Positions 47,700 through 57,999 of a stretch of DNA of 64,000 nt are shown here, one piece after another. The stretch spans positions 192,001-256,000 of the forward strand of contig OZ241986.1 in NCBI GenBank assembly GCA_965204375.1, in the 5' to 3' direction. Each line of letters opens with the position of its first letter. The stretch's first letter is position 1. The position numbers and the translations under genes are program-made. Source of the stretch: Candidatus Latescibacterota bacterium (GTDB taxonomy: Bacteria > Latescibacterota > UBA2968). The notes under the pieces are model-generated. The model ran no database searches. It saw only the letters and a program-made list of their open reading frames with translations, and was not told the DNA's origin.

Positions 47700-49111
47700 T
47701 AAAGTCCCATCTCGATATACGCCCGTGCGATTTTTTCTATGGCGATGACAAATGCAGCGGTGCGTAAATCCGGCACGTTGTCGCGCGAATTGCGGATTTC
47801 ACTCATGGTTTGATAGGCGAGGCTCATGGTGTCTTCGAGGCCAGAGCGCACGAGATCCAGTTCATCCGAGCCGTAAGAGAGTCTTGCTTTGAGATGGTCT
47901 GGAACGGGTTTGCCAACCATTTCTTCCAGGGCGGTGATGATTTGCGCGCCGCGATGTGCTTCGTGGCGTCTGTCGAGGCGTCCAAAGCGGATGTGCGAGA
48001 GGTTCTTGATCCATTCAAAATAAGAAACTGTGACGCCGCCCGCATTGAGGTAGGCGTCGGGGATGATGGTTTTTCCCGCTTTGCACAATACGTTGTCTGC
48101 CATGTAAGTGACGGGTCCATTGGCCGCTTCTGCAATTACGGGTGCTTTGATGCGTCTGGCATTTTCAAGTGTGATCTGACCTTCAATGGCGGCTGGTATG
48201 AGTACATCGCATTCTGCTTCGAGCAGGCTTTTGCCATTTGCAATATAGGTAGCTCCCGGAAAGTGTTTTAATGAACCGTGTTCCGCGCGGTAAGCAGCGA
48301 CTTCTTCAATTGAAAATCCCTTATCTGATAGGATTGCTCCTTCGCGTTCAATAATGCCGATGATGCGCGCGCCACCTTCTTCTTCGAGGAATTTGGTCGC
48401 GTGAAAGCCCACATTGCCCAATCCCTGCACGATAATGCGTTTGCCTTCCAAATTGCCTTCCATTCCCGCGTTTTTGACGTCTTCCGAGTTATTAAAAAAT
48501 TCTTTGATGCCGTAAAATACACCCCGTCCGGTTGCTTCGACGCGTCCCTGAATACCCCCCTGGGAAAAGGGTTTGCCCGTTGTACAGGCAATGGCATTGA
48601 TGTCTTCCGGGTGCAGGCTGCGATACGTGTCTGCGATCCAGGCCATTTCTCGTTCTCCAGTTCCCATGTCGGGTGCTGGGACGTTGAGGGCTGGATTGAT
48701 ATATCCCTTTTTGATCAATTCCTGTGCAAAACGTCGGGTAATGAGCTCGAGTTCATGTTCGTTGTATTCGCGGGGATCAATGCATAGCCCACCTTTGGCA
48801 CCGCCAAAGGGCACATCGACGATCGCGCATTTGTACGTCATGAGTGCGGCGAGTGCTTCTACGTCATCCTGGCTGACTGTGGGGGCGTAGCGGATGCCTC
48901 CTTTGACGGGCAAGCGATGCTCGCTGTGTACAGAGCGCCATCCCGTGAAGATGCGATAGCTGTCGCGGAGTTTTACAAAAAAGCGCACCAGGTAAATGTT
49001 GTTGTTGATTTTGATCTGGTCGGCCAGTCCCGGAGGCAAATCGAGCGTTGCTACTGCGCGGTCAAACATGAGGTCAACGCTTTCTTTGAAGCTGGGTTCA
49101 TGTGAGGACAT
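47699..49111 (-). CDS. Glu/Leu/Phe/Val dehydrogenase (glutamate dehydrogenase)
   Basis: PVKGGIRY, VPFGGAKGG, VPAPDMGT, ATGRG, QGLGNVG, EAANGP, NAGGVTVSYFEW. Confidence 0.95.
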   Translation of the reverse strand: MSSHEPSFKESVDLMFDRAVATLDLPPGLADQIKINNNIYLVRFFVKLRDSYRIFTGWRSVHSEHRLPVKGGIRYAPTVSQDDVEALAALMTYKCAIVDVPFGGAKGGLCIDPREYNEHELELITRRFAQELIKKGYINPALNVPAPDMGTGEREMAWIADTYRSLHPEDINAIACTTGKPFSQGGIQGRVEATGRGVFYGIKEFFNNSEDVKNAGMEGNLEGKRIIVQGLGNVGFHATKFLEEEGGARIIGIIEREGAILSDKGFSIEEVAAYRAEHGSLKHFPGATYIANGKSLLEAECDVLIPAAIEGQITLENARRIKAPVIAEAANGPVTYMADNVLCKAGKTIIPDAYLNAGGVTVSYFEWIKNLSHIRFGRLDRRHEAHRGAQIITALEEMVGKPVPDHLKARLSYGSDELDLVRSGLEDTMSLAYQTMSEIRNSRDNVPDLRTAAFVIAIEKIARAYIEMGL

Positions 49112-49143
49112 AAGTGTTTCTCCGGAAATGGTGTGAAGTGCTC

Positions 49144-50052
49144 TTACCCCGTTTTTAACAGATGACGCAAGGCTGGCTCAAGGTGGGGATGGGCAAAGGA
49201 GAAGTTGGTGTTTTCGAGGCGCGAGGAGATAACGCGGGTGCTTGCGAGCAGGAGGGCATCGGCCATTTCGCCCAGTGCGAGTTTGGCGGCAAATGCGGGT
49301 AGCGGAAAAATTGTCGGGCGAGATAAGACGCGTCCGAGGGTTTTGGTAAATTCGCGATTGGTGACAGGTGTTGGAGATACGGCGTTGATTGCACCACTGA
49401 TGGATTCGCGGTCTATCGCAAAGAGGAATAGAGAGATCAGGTCGTCAAGGGTGATCCAGCTCATGTACTGATTGCCCGACCCGATGATGCCGCCCAATCC
49501 CAATTTGAAGGGCAAGAGCATTTTGCCGAGTGCCCCGCCTGCGGGGGATAGGACAAGGCCGATGCGTGGGTGAACGGTTCGTATGCCAGCTTCTGTGGCG
49601 GGTTTGGCGGCGTTTTCCCAGGCGATTGATACGTCGGGGAGAAAGCCTGCTCCGGGCTGGCTGTCTTCGGTGAGGATTTCGTTGTGGCGGTTGCCGTAGT
49701 AACCGATGGCAGAAGCGGAGATGAAGACTTTTGGCGGCGGAGATATAGATGCGAGTGTTTGGGCGAGCAATGTGGTGCCCTTTACGCGGCTGTCGCGGAT
49801 GCGTGCCTTTTGCGCTGCTGTCCATCGTCGGGAGGCGATGTTTTCTCCAGCGAGGTGTATGACGCCATCTATGTTGGTGAGGCGCGAGGGATCGAGGGTA
49901 TCAGAAGATGGATCCCAGGTGATTTCATCGTTGTTGCGAGCAGTGCGTCGGGTGAGAGACAAGACGCGGTCACCTCGCGCGCTCAGTGCGGTTTTGAGTG
50001 CTGAGCCAATGAGGCCAGAAGCACCGGATATCAGGATTTTCATGACGGTCAA
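49144..50052 (-). CDS. TIGR01777 family NAD-dependent epimerase (YfcH-like)
   Basis: SGASGLIG, HLAGENI, SASAIGYYG, GSGNQYMSWI. Confidence 0.92.
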   Translation of the reverse strand: MTVMKILISGASGLIGSALKTALSARGDRVLSLTRRTARNNDEITWDPSSDTLDPSRLTNIDGVIHLAGENIASRRWTAAQKARIRDSRVKGTTLLAQTLASISPPPKVFISASAIGYYGNRHNEILTEDSQPGAGFLPDVSIAWENAAKPATEAGIRTVHPRIGLVLSPAGGALGKMLLPFKLGLGGIIGSGNQYMSWITLDDLISLFLFAIDRESISGAINAVSPTPVTNREFTKTLGRVLSRPTIFPLPAFAAKLALGEMADALLLASTRVISSRLENTNFSFAHPHLEPALRHLLKTG

Positions 50053-50064
50053 CTTTCGGGATGA

Positions 50065-50478
50065 CTACTGTTTATAGAGCATCAGATAGATGATGACACC
50101 GGTAATTGAGACAAATATCCAACTGGGCCAGACCCATTGAGCAAGCCTGCGGTGGCGATCAAATTCGCCTTTGTAGGCTCGCCAGACAAGCGCGATGATG
50201 AAGGGCACATTGACGGCGGCGAGGATGATGTGCGGGATGAGTATGGCAAAGTAGATCGGGCGCGTCCAATCGCGGTGTGGATAGGGCACAGAGCCGACCT
50301 GGCTATGATAGATGAGGTATGAGGTCAAAAAGAGAGCCGATAAGATCAACGCTGTGACCATGCATTTTTGGTGCGTTTTGATGTCGCCGCGTTTGATATA
50401 GATGAATCCCAACAGAAGAAATATGGTGCAAAGTCCGTTGAGAAAGGCGTTTGTCGCGGGCAAGTCTGTGATGGACAT
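50065..50478 (-). CDS. DUF420 membrane protein
   Basis: LPATNAFLN, HQKCM, FLTSYLIYH, HIILA, VSITGVIIYLMLY. Confidence 0.88.
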   Translation of the reverse strand: MSITDLPATNAFLNGLCTIFLLLGFIYIKRGDIKTHQKCMVTALILSALFLTSYLIYHSQVGSVPYPHRDWTRPIYFAILIPHIILAAVNVPFIIALVWRAYKGEFDRHRRLAQWVWPSWIFVSITGVIIYLMLYKQ

Positions 50479-50704
50479 ATTTTGGTCTCAGGTTTCGGCG
50501 TATGACTTTAAAAACGGCGTCCGTCAAGTCAGTCATCATATCGACCAATGTGTATTCATTGCTTTGACTTACTCCCAAAGCTAAAGCATTGGGATGGAAT
50601 TTTCAAGTGTTGTATGGGCTATATGAGCTATCAATTGACTTTATGTTTTTTTTTCTTATCTTTTTCGTTCCATTTTTTGAAGGATTAGATCACTAACGCG
50701 AGGT

Positions 50705-50905
50705 ATGAAAATGGCAGAGGCGGGAAGCGCGTGGTTGACGCCTAAGGAGATCGCGGATCGGTTGAGTAGTCGAAAAGCGAGAGAAGTGCAGGAAGATTTG
50801 CTCTATGGGCGCCGAACACGGCGTGAGATATTGGACCTGGTGATGGAAGCTGTGGGTTGCAATGAATATTCGGCAGAAGATTTTTTGCGTGAAATTGTAA
50901 AATAA
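50705..50905 (+). CDS. Small hypothetical protein (66 aa)
   Basis: GAGG RBS, helical charged composition, AT-rich upstream region. Confidence 0.6.
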   Translation: MKMAEAGSAWLTPKEIADRLSSRKAREVQEDLLYGRRTRREILDLVMEAVGCNEYSAEDFLREIVK

Positions 50906-51071
50906 AAAAAGCAACCAGCGATTAGCTGTCAGCGATCAGCCCGCCCCATCCCCTCCGAAGTCAAAATCGCCGCTTGTTTTGCTGGTTGCTGAAAGCAGAC
51001 CGCTATTTATGTTTGCCGCGTATGGGATTTTCAATACGCGGCTCAATATTTTTTGACCTGTAGGGTACGCC

Positions 51072-52808
51072 ATGTCTGAGGTTTCTAAATCTGATTATCT
51101 GGTCATTGGCAGTGGTATTGCGGGTCTCTCGTTTGCGCTTAAAGCGGCAGAGACCGGGTCTGTCACCCTGATTACAAAAAAAGAGTTTCAGGAATCCAAT
51201 ACCAATTACGCACAGGGCGGTATTGCTTCTGTTTTGCATCCCGACGATTCGTTTGATCTGCATCGGGAAGATACGATTCAGGCTGGCGCGGGTTTGTGTC
51301 GTGAAGATGTGGTGGATCTGGTGGTGCGAGCAGGTCCCGATATGGTTAAGGCACTCATTGCCTGGGGGGCTGAGTTTACGCGGGCGAGTGATTCGCAACT
51401 GCCGTTGTACTCCGATTCAGAAGTTCAAAATCTCGCGCTCGGGCGCGAGGGCGGGCATTCAAAAAGTCGCATTGTATATGCCGCGGACCTGACCGGGCGG
51501 GAGATTGAGCGGGCGTTGACCGAAGCAGCGTCAGCACATCCCAATATCGCGTTGTACGAGCATCACATGGCGATTGATTTGATCACGGAACACCATGTGT
51601 ATGGTTCAAAAATTTCAACGCCGGGGAAGATTCAGTGTTGGGGCGTTTACGCACTGGATGCCATGCAGGGGCAGGTGAAGACGTTTTTGGCAAAGTTTAC
51701 GTTGTTGTGTAGCGGTGGGTGTGGTCAGATTTATTTGCATTCGACCAATCCGGCTATTGCTACGGGTGACGGTATTGCCATGGCGTATCGCGCGGGTGCA
51801 AGTGTGGGCAATTTGGAGTTTATGCAGTTTCATCCCACGACGCTTTATCACCGGGATGCAGATTCATTTTTGATTTCTGAAGCGGTGCGCGGGCATGGCG
51901 GGATTCTGGTAGATCGGGCGGGGCGGGCGTTTATGGCCGATTATCACGAGATGGGACCGCTTGCTCCTCGGGATGTGGTCGCGCGGGCAATTGATAGCGA
52001 GTTAAAAAAGAGCGGTGATCCCTGTGTGTTTCTCGATATTACGCATTGTCCGGGCGCAGAGCTTCAGGAACGTTTTCCCACGATTTATGACCGGTGTTTG
52101 CAATTTGACATTGATATAACGCAGCAGCCCATTCCGGTTGTGCCCGCTGCACACTATATGTGTGGTGGGGTGTTCACGGATACGCGGGGGCGCACGGATA
52201 TCGAAAGGCTTTACGCTTCGGGTGAGGTCGCCTGCACGGGGTTGCACGGGGCAAATCGCCTGGCGAGCAATTCGCTGTTAGAAGCTCTGGTTTTTTCCGA
52301 TCGCGCGTTTTCCGATATCCGACAGCACATAGATGCGCGGCTCGATTTTCCCGATGTGCCGGCATGGCAAGACGATGATGTGTTTAATACAGAAGAATGG
52401 GTGTTGCTATCACACGACCGGCAAGAGGTACAGCGTTTGATGTGGGATTATGTGGGGGTTGTGCGGTCGGATTTTCGCTTGAAGCGCGCAGCCCGTCGCA
52501 TTGGCGTGATTGTGCAGGAGGTCGAAGAATTCTATAAGCGCACACAAGTTACCGAGGCATTGCTGGAGTTGCGCAATATGACGACTGTTGCCGCGCTGAC
52601 TGTGCGCTGTGCATTGTCTCGGCGCGAGAGTCGGGGGTTGCACTACACACTCGATTGTCCTGCGCCATTCAAGTCTGCAGATGATACGGTGGTGTCGCCT
52701 GGGAGACGTGGGGTGCGGGATTGCCGGTTATTGAAGTGTGATCCGCAGATGACGCAGATGAACGCAGATGAAGAAGAGGGCTGGTGGGTTGGGCAGGCTG
52801 ACCGCTGA
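51072..52808 (+). CDS. nadB: L-aspartate oxidase
   Basis: IGSGIAGL, YAQGGIA, REGGHS, QFHPT, PAAHYMCGG, GLHGANRLASNSLLE, ESRGLHY. Confidence 0.96.
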   Translation: MSEVSKSDYLVIGSGIAGLSFALKAAETGSVTLITKKEFQESNTNYAQGGIASVLHPDDSFDLHREDTIQAGAGLCREDVVDLVVRAGPDMVKALIAWGAEFTRASDSQLPLYSDSEVQNLALGREGGHSKSRIVYAADLTGREIERALTEAASAHPNIALYEHHMAIDLITEHHVYGSKISTPGKIQCWGVYALDAMQGQVKTFLAKFTLLCSGGCGQIYLHSTNPAIATGDGIAMAYRAGASVGNLEFMQFHPTTLYHRDADSFLISEAVRGHGGILVDRAGRAFMADYHEMGPLAPRDVVARAIDSELKKSGDPCVFLDITHCPGAELQERFPTIYDRCLQFDIDITQQPIPVVPAAHYMCGGVFTDTRGRTDIERLYASGEVACTGLHGANRLASNSLLEALVFSDRAFSDIRQHIDARLDFPDVPAWQDDDVFNTEEWVLLSHDRQEVQRLMWDYVGVVRSDFRLKRAARRIGVIVQEVEEFYKRTQVTEALLELRNMTTVAALTVRCALSRRESRGLHYTLDCPAPFKSADDTVVSPGRRGVRDCRLLKCDPQMTQMNADEEEGWWVGQADR

Positions 52809-52834
52809 CTACTGACAACTTTTCAGGAGTTTTT

Positions 52835-54652
52835 ATGCGCGACGGCATTGCCGTGATTGATTTTGGCGGGCAATATGCCCATTTGATTGCCAATCGGATT
52901 CGCAGGTTGCGGGTTTATTCTGAGATTTTTCCGCCGGATGTTGATCCTGCGGCATTGCAGGGCGTGTCGGGCATGATTTTTTCGGGTGGTCCATCCAGTG
53001 TATATGATCCCGATCCGCCCGCGTTTAATCCTGGATTGCTCGATACTGATTTGCCCGTGCTCGGGCTGTGTTATGGACATCAGTTGTTGTGCATGCATCT
53101 GGGGGGCGAGGTTGTTGCTGGTGAGGTGCGCGAATACGGTTCTGCCAGGTTGAATATTGCATGTGGGTCGGATTTGTTTGCCGGGCTTGGGGATTCCCAG
53201 GTGGTGTGGATGAGTCACGGCGATGTGGTCGCAACGCTGCCCAGGGGTTTTGAAATTTTGGGGGCGACCGAGGATTGTCCTTCGGCAGCGGTTGGCGATG
53301 TTAAACGCCGAATCTACGGCTTGCAATTTCATCCCGAGGTGGCACATACGCCGCGTGGATTGGATATTCTCGATAATTTTTTGACGATATGCGATGCACC
53401 TCGAACCTGGACTATGGGCAATTATGCCGAGGTGGTTATGGAGGAGATGCGGGAGAAGGTGGGGGATCGCAATGTGTTTTTGCTGGTGTCGGGTGGAGTT
53501 GATTCTTCAGTGGCTTTTGTGCTGTTTAACAGGGCGCTGGGCGCAGACCGGGTGTTGGGGTTGCATATTGACAATGGTTTTATGCGAAAGGGCGAGACGG
53601 CTGCGGTGGAGGTTTTTCTGAAAGAAGAGGGGTTTGACAATCTGATTGTCAAGGATGCCAGTGACGATTTTTTGTTGGGTGTGGAGGGTCTGGTTGATCC
53701 AGAAGCAAAGCGCGAGGCGATTGGACACACATTTTTAGAGGTGAAGGACGAGGTGATGGCGCACTTGCATTTGGATGCAGATCAGTGGGTGTTAGGGCAG
53801 GGTACGCTTTATCCCGATACCATAGAGTCGGGAGGGACAGAGCACGCTGCGTTGATTAAGACGCACCACAATCGCATTGATTTGATCGATGAGTTGATTG
53901 CACAGGGCAAGGTTGTCGAACCTCTGGCTCAGTTGTACAAGGATGAGGTGCGCGAGTTGGGAAGCGCGTTGGGGTTGCCCGATCATCTGGTGTGGCGACA
54001 TCCGTTTCCCGGTCCCGGTCTGGCTGTGCGCTGTTTGTGTTCCGATGGCGAGGTGGATGGGGGTGATATTGTAGCGGCAGAACGTGCGGCTTCTGAGATT
54101 GCTTCTGAGGTAGGTTTGCAGTTGCAGGTTTTGCCCGTTAGAAGTGTGGGGGTTCAGGGTGATTTTCGCACGTATTCGCATCCCGCGATTGTTTCGGGTT
54201 TTGATCTGGATACGCCCGACAGCGATTGGCGCGTGCTCGAAGATATGTCAACGCGGATTACCAATAGCGTGCCGGGTGTTAATCGCGTGGTTTGTCTTAT
54301 CGCGCCAGATGTGTTGCCCGGGTTGCGTCCCAAACGCGCATTTTTGACCTATCAGAGGCTCGATGTTTTGCGGGAGGCCGATGCCATTGCCATGCGAATA
54401 CTCGATCGCGCAGGTCTTATGCCCGCTGTATCCCAGATGCCGACTGTTCTGGTGCCGTTGACGACAGATGGACAGGATGAAATTGTGATTTTGCGTCCGA
54501 TTACGACTCCGGATTTTATGACCGCACGATTTGCCGAGTTGCCCCACAATCTGGTGCGCGATATGGCAGACGAGATACTGAATCTACCGGGTGTCGCTGC
54601 CGTGGGTTACGATATCACTCACAAACCGCCAGGGACTGTGGAATGGGAATGA
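52835..54652 (+). CDS. guaA: GMP synthase (glutamine-hydrolysing), long form
   Basis: IDFGGQY, GLCYGHQ, QFHPEV, SGGVDS, IKTHHN, RHPFPGPGLA, KPPGTVEWE. Confidence 0.95.
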   Translation: MRDGIAVIDFGGQYAHLIANRIRRLRVYSEIFPPDVDPAALQGVSGMIFSGGPSSVYDPDPPAFNPGLLDTDLPVLGLCYGHQLLCMHLGGEVVAGEVREYGSARLNIACGSDLFAGLGDSQVVWMSHGDVVATLPRGFEILGATEDCPSAAVGDVKRRIYGLQFHPEVAHTPRGLDILDNFLTICDAPRTWTMGNYAEVVMEEMREKVGDRNVFLLVSGGVDSSVAFVLFNRALGADRVLGLHIDNGFMRKGETAAVEVFLKEEGFDNLIVKDASDDFLLGVEGLVDPEAKREAIGHTFLEVKDEVMAHLHLDADQWVLGQGTLYPDTIESGGTEHAALIKTHHNRIDLIDELIAQGKVVEPLAQLYKDEVRELGSALGLPDHLVWRHPFPGPGLAVRCLCSDGEVDGGDIVAAERAASEIASEVGLQLQVLPVRSVGVQGDFRTYSHPAIVSGFDLDTPDSDWRVLEDMSTRITNSVPGVNRVVCLIAPDVLPGLRPKRAFLTYQRLDVLREADAIAMRILDRAGLMPAVSQMPTVLVPLTTDGQDEIVILRPITTPDFMTARFAELPHNLVRDMADEILNLPGVAAVGYDITHKPPGTVEWE

Positions 54653-54957
54653 AAGGCAAAAGCGGAGAAAATATAGCCTATTACGAGACCATAACGCCTA
54701 TAACGGTCTTGTCCGTGCTGTCAGAAAAAGGCGTTCCCGTTCAATCGCGATGGAGAGCAAAATAAATGGGCAGAACGGGGTTGTGATTTTGCGTCTGATA
54801 GGGTTGTTTTTTTCACTTTTTTGAATTGAAATGGAATAAAATGTACACTTTTTTTGTGAATAGTTAGCAAGTGCGGGTCTGCTAACAAAAATTATATACC
54901 CTTGTTTTTTAGTGTCTTAGAATATTCTGAGGCACTTTTTTTTGTTTTTTTGAAAAT

Positions 54958-54973
54958 AGGCACGGCATTTGCA
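54958..54973 (+). promoter_or_regulatory. Putative sigma54 (-24/-12) promoter of the peptide cluster
   Basis: AGGCACG-GCAT-TTGCA versus consensus TGGCACG-N4-TTGCW; upstream dyad GTTAGCA-N10-TGCTAAC at 54863-54886. Confidence 0.7.
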
Positions 54974-55046
54974 GATATGCTGTGCGTAAATCGCGTGAAT
55001 AGGATTGAGGCGGACGGGATGTCCGCGATGATAGAGGGTTGAAGCT

Positions 55047-56300
55047 TTGAAAAATACTACAGTTGCATTTTATAGCCAGCATCTCATTGGCGTTGGGCAC
55101 CACTTTCGCAATCGACAGATTGTCAATGAACTGGTCAAGACCTGCGATGTGTTTTTCATCGATGGCGGGCGACCAATTCCCGAGGCTGATCTCGATAAAC
55201 GGGTGGTGCGTATTCTCCTGCCGCCCCTTCGCTCGGGCGCACAGGGCATTGAGTCTGTTGATACGGAGAGAGATTTGCAGACTGTGATGCACGAGCGTCA
55301 GGTCAGGCTTTCCGAAGCTATGGAACAGATTTGTCCGGATGTGTTTTGTGTTGAATTTTTCCCTTTTTCCAGATGGTCGCTCAAGAGCGAAATCCTCAAT
55401 ACAATAGTCAGGCTCAATGAGGTCAATCCCGACGCGCAGGTGTTGTGTTCTCTGCGCGATATTCCAACGCGGGCAAAAAGCAATGTGTTGCAACCGACTG
55501 CCGCGCTTGTCCAGAGGCGGGATGGGGACGCGATGCGGTTTTATTCGGTGCCTTTTGGCGGGATACATCACGAGTATTTAGCTTTTAATCGGCGGTATTA
55601 CGAGGAGGTCGTGCCCGTGTTGAATCAGTATTTCGATGCGGTATTGGTGCATGGCGATTCTCAACTATCCCGGCTGGAAGATCACTTTCCCTGGACTGCT
55701 GATATCAGTATTCCCGTGGTTTATACGGGGTTTGTTTCTGAGAAACTCGAGAACGCATCTCGGCCCAATAGTGCGCCGAATCGGTATGTGCTGGTCAGTG
55801 CTGGCGGTGGAACTGAGGGGCTTGCGCTTGTTGCGCCATGTATTGAAGCGTGGAAACAATTGGATCAGGGCGATGCGCACGATGGACGCGAGATGGTGAT
55901 TTTTACTGGTGCGTTTATCGATGAAACGCATTTTGACGCTTTGCATGCGTTGTGCGGTGATGGTCCGTTTCGCATTGAGCGTTTTACGTCCAATTTTTTG
56001 GCCTGGATGAAACACGCGGATTTGTCGATTAGCCGGGCGGGCTACAATACGTGTATGAATGTACTTGAGACAGGTGTTCCATCGATTCTGGTGCCGAGTA
56101 TTGCGATGGATGATCAGGAATTTCGCGCGCAGGAACTGATGGGGTTGGGTATTGCAGGGGTGATACACCCCGATCAACTCGGTGCGGAAAAGATAGCAAA
56201 AGCTATTGCCGAAATGCTCGAAAGTTCTGTGCCCAAACACCATCTATCCCTGGACGGTGCCGAGCAAACGCGAAAATTTATAGACAGCGGTGCAAGGTAA
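55047..56300 (+). CDS. GT-B glycosyltransferase (COG4671 / GT28-C-like)
   Basis: YSQHLIGVGH, VEFFPF, SLRDI, VLVHGD, VSAGGG, SISRAGYNT, DQEFRA; TTG start. Confidence 0.85.
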   Translation: MKNTTVAFYSQHLIGVGHHFRNRQIVNELVKTCDVFFIDGGRPIPEADLDKRVVRILLPPLRSGAQGIESVDTERDLQTVMHERQVRLSEAMEQICPDVFCVEFFPFSRWSLKSEILNTIVRLNEVNPDAQVLCSLRDIPTRAKSNVLQPTAALVQRRDGDAMRFYSVPFGGIHHEYLAFNRRYYEEVVPVLNQYFDAVLVHGDSQLSRLEDHFPWTADISIPVVYTGFVSEKLENASRPNSAPNRYVLVSAGGGTEGLALVAPCIEAWKQLDQGDAHDGREMVIFTGAFIDETHFDALHALCGDGPFRIERFTSNFLAWMKHADLSISRAGYNTCMNVLETGVPSILVPSIAMDDQEFRAQELMGLGIAGVIHPDQLGAEKIAKAIAEMLESSVPKHHLSLDGAEQTRKFIDSGAR

Positions 56301-56315
56301 AAAACGAGGTGAAAG

Positions 56316-57719
56316 ATGAAAATTTATGTGTCACATCCGTATCACGACCGCGAGAAAGTGATGGCGTCGAATAGCGGGGCGTCCCTTTCGGGTTTTAACC
56401 ATGTGCAGGCGTTATCGAAGTATTGCGATGTGTATATGCCAGCGTCTGAAGCGGTGGATTATGGTCCGAATTTGCACGGTATTCAACCCGCATTTGAGAC
56501 GATTGATTCATCTCGCCAGTGGTTTGCGCGGCAGGATTTTGATGGTCTGTTGATGTTTGAACCCAGGGCAGATGACCTGGCGTTTTTTCGCCATGTGTGT
56601 CCCGCACCCATTGTGCTTCGGCTGTCGTGTTCTTTTGGACACAATCGGGATTTTGTCGATAAGGTGCTGAATTGTTATTCGCTGTTGCGGCCTTATGATG
56701 CCCTGTCGCCCAAGTCGGTGTATGTCGCTGACGAAGTGGGCAAGTTGGTGTTTGACAGATCGTATTTGCACGCGATTACCAATGGGGTAGATGCCGAGGT
56801 GTTTGTGCCAATGGATAAGTTGCACGCGCGCAAAGAGGTCGCGGATAAGACGGGTGATCAACGTTTCTTAGAGATGCCTGTGGTGGGTTTTTGCGGACGG
56901 TTTGAGCCGGGCAAGGGCGCGTATCCGTTTTTGCGGATGGCCGATTTGAATCCCAATGTGTTGTTTGCTGTGATTGGCAAGCAGTTCGCACCCGTGACGC
57001 ATCCTCCCAATGTGATCTTTTTGGGTGCGCAACCCTATACGCAGATGTCGCTGTATTACAATATGCTCGATGTGTTGTGCGCGCTGTCGGTGTATTCGTA
57101 TGAGTCTTGTCCCTCAACTGTGATAGAGGGCATGGCGTGTGGTCTTCCGGTTGTTGCGACAAATTTTGCGGGCGCGCCAGAGTTGTTGGGCAGTTGTGGG
57201 CGGTTGATTGAGATTGAGCGATTTGAAGATGAGCCATTGAATGTGACGGGGTATATCGCCCCTGAGGTGATTTCAGATGCTGTGCGCGATTTGTTGAATA
57301 GCAAAACGGAGCGTGTAGATATGGGGGAGCGTGCTCGCAAACGCGTGCTCGATTTTTCCTGGGATCATACGGCGCAGCAGCATATGACACTATTTAAAAA
57401 TCTGCGGATCAAACGCGATGCATCCGCCTGCCCGATACCAATAACCGTGAGTTTTACACAGGGTTGTGATGTATCTGGCGTGCCGAAAAGCATGTCTAAG
57501 GGATTTAACTATTTGGGAAGCGTGCAAGGTCCTTTGCCGCGCATTTCGTTTTTTGGGCAAGACCTGCCCCTTCTTGAAGGCTTGGTCCTTCACTTGATGC
57601 AACATTTACATCCAAACGAAGTCGAGGCTGTTCTGATGGGTTTATGCGAGACGCGCGCAATGGCCCACAAAACGCTTCGCAAAATCCGACACTTCAGCGA
57701 TATGCTCACGGCTCCCTGA
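56316..57719 (+). CDS. GT4 family glycosyltransferase with C-terminal extension
   Basis: ITNGVD, FCGRFEPGKG, ESCPSTVIEGMACGLPVVAT, FSWD, plus ~110 extra residues. Confidence 0.85.
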   Translation: MKIYVSHPYHDREKVMASNSGASLSGFNHVQALSKYCDVYMPASEAVDYGPNLHGIQPAFETIDSSRQWFARQDFDGLLMFEPRADDLAFFRHVCPAPIVLRLSCSFGHNRDFVDKVLNCYSLLRPYDALSPKSVYVADEVGKLVFDRSYLHAITNGVDAEVFVPMDKLHARKEVADKTGDQRFLEMPVVGFCGRFEPGKGAYPFLRMADLNPNVLFAVIGKQFAPVTHPPNVIFLGAQPYTQMSLYYNMLDVLCALSVYSYESCPSTVIEGMACGLPVVATNFAGAPELLGSCGRLIEIERFEDEPLNVTGYIAPEVISDAVRDLLNSKTERVDMGERARKRVLDFSWDHTAQQHMTLFKNLRIKRDASACPIPITVSFTQGCDVSGVPKSMSKGFNYLGSVQGPLPRISFFGQDLPLLEGLVLHLMQHLHPNEVEAVLMGLCETRAMAHKTLRKIRHFSDMLTAP

Positions 57720-57774
57720 TTGGTCCTATAGGGATACGGTTTATGTTGAGGTGGTAAAGAAAGGAGGTGGAGAA

Positions 57775-57999
57775 ATGACTGAGCGCATTACATCAAGGCC
57801 AGCACAATTTTTTGTGACCTGTGTTCAGCTTCCCGGTCAAGAAAGCGAACTGGCACATGGTGAGATGGCGAATACTGCAGGAGGATGCATTTTGCCAGGA
57901 GAAGATCCACTTGAGCATCTTGAAGATATTATTGATTATGTCGAAGATGCGGTGGATTATATCGGAGATGCGGTGAGTGAATGGTGGGCTTCTTGGTAG
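57775..57999 (+). CDS. Double-glycine-leader precursor peptide A (74 aa)
   Basis: AAGGAGG RBS; leader ends ELAHGEMANTAGG; acidic 37-aa core. Confidence 0.8.
   Translation: MTERITSRPAQFFVTCVQLPGQESELAHGEMANTAGGCILPGEDPLEHLEDIIDYVEDAVDYIGDAVSEWWASW

Noticed and set aside
54863-54886. CIRCE (HrcA) operator
   Set aside because: TTAGCA...TGCTAA arms are 10 bp apart and lack CTC/GAG; CIRCE is TTAGCACTC-N9-GAGTGCTAA. No chaperone genes follow.
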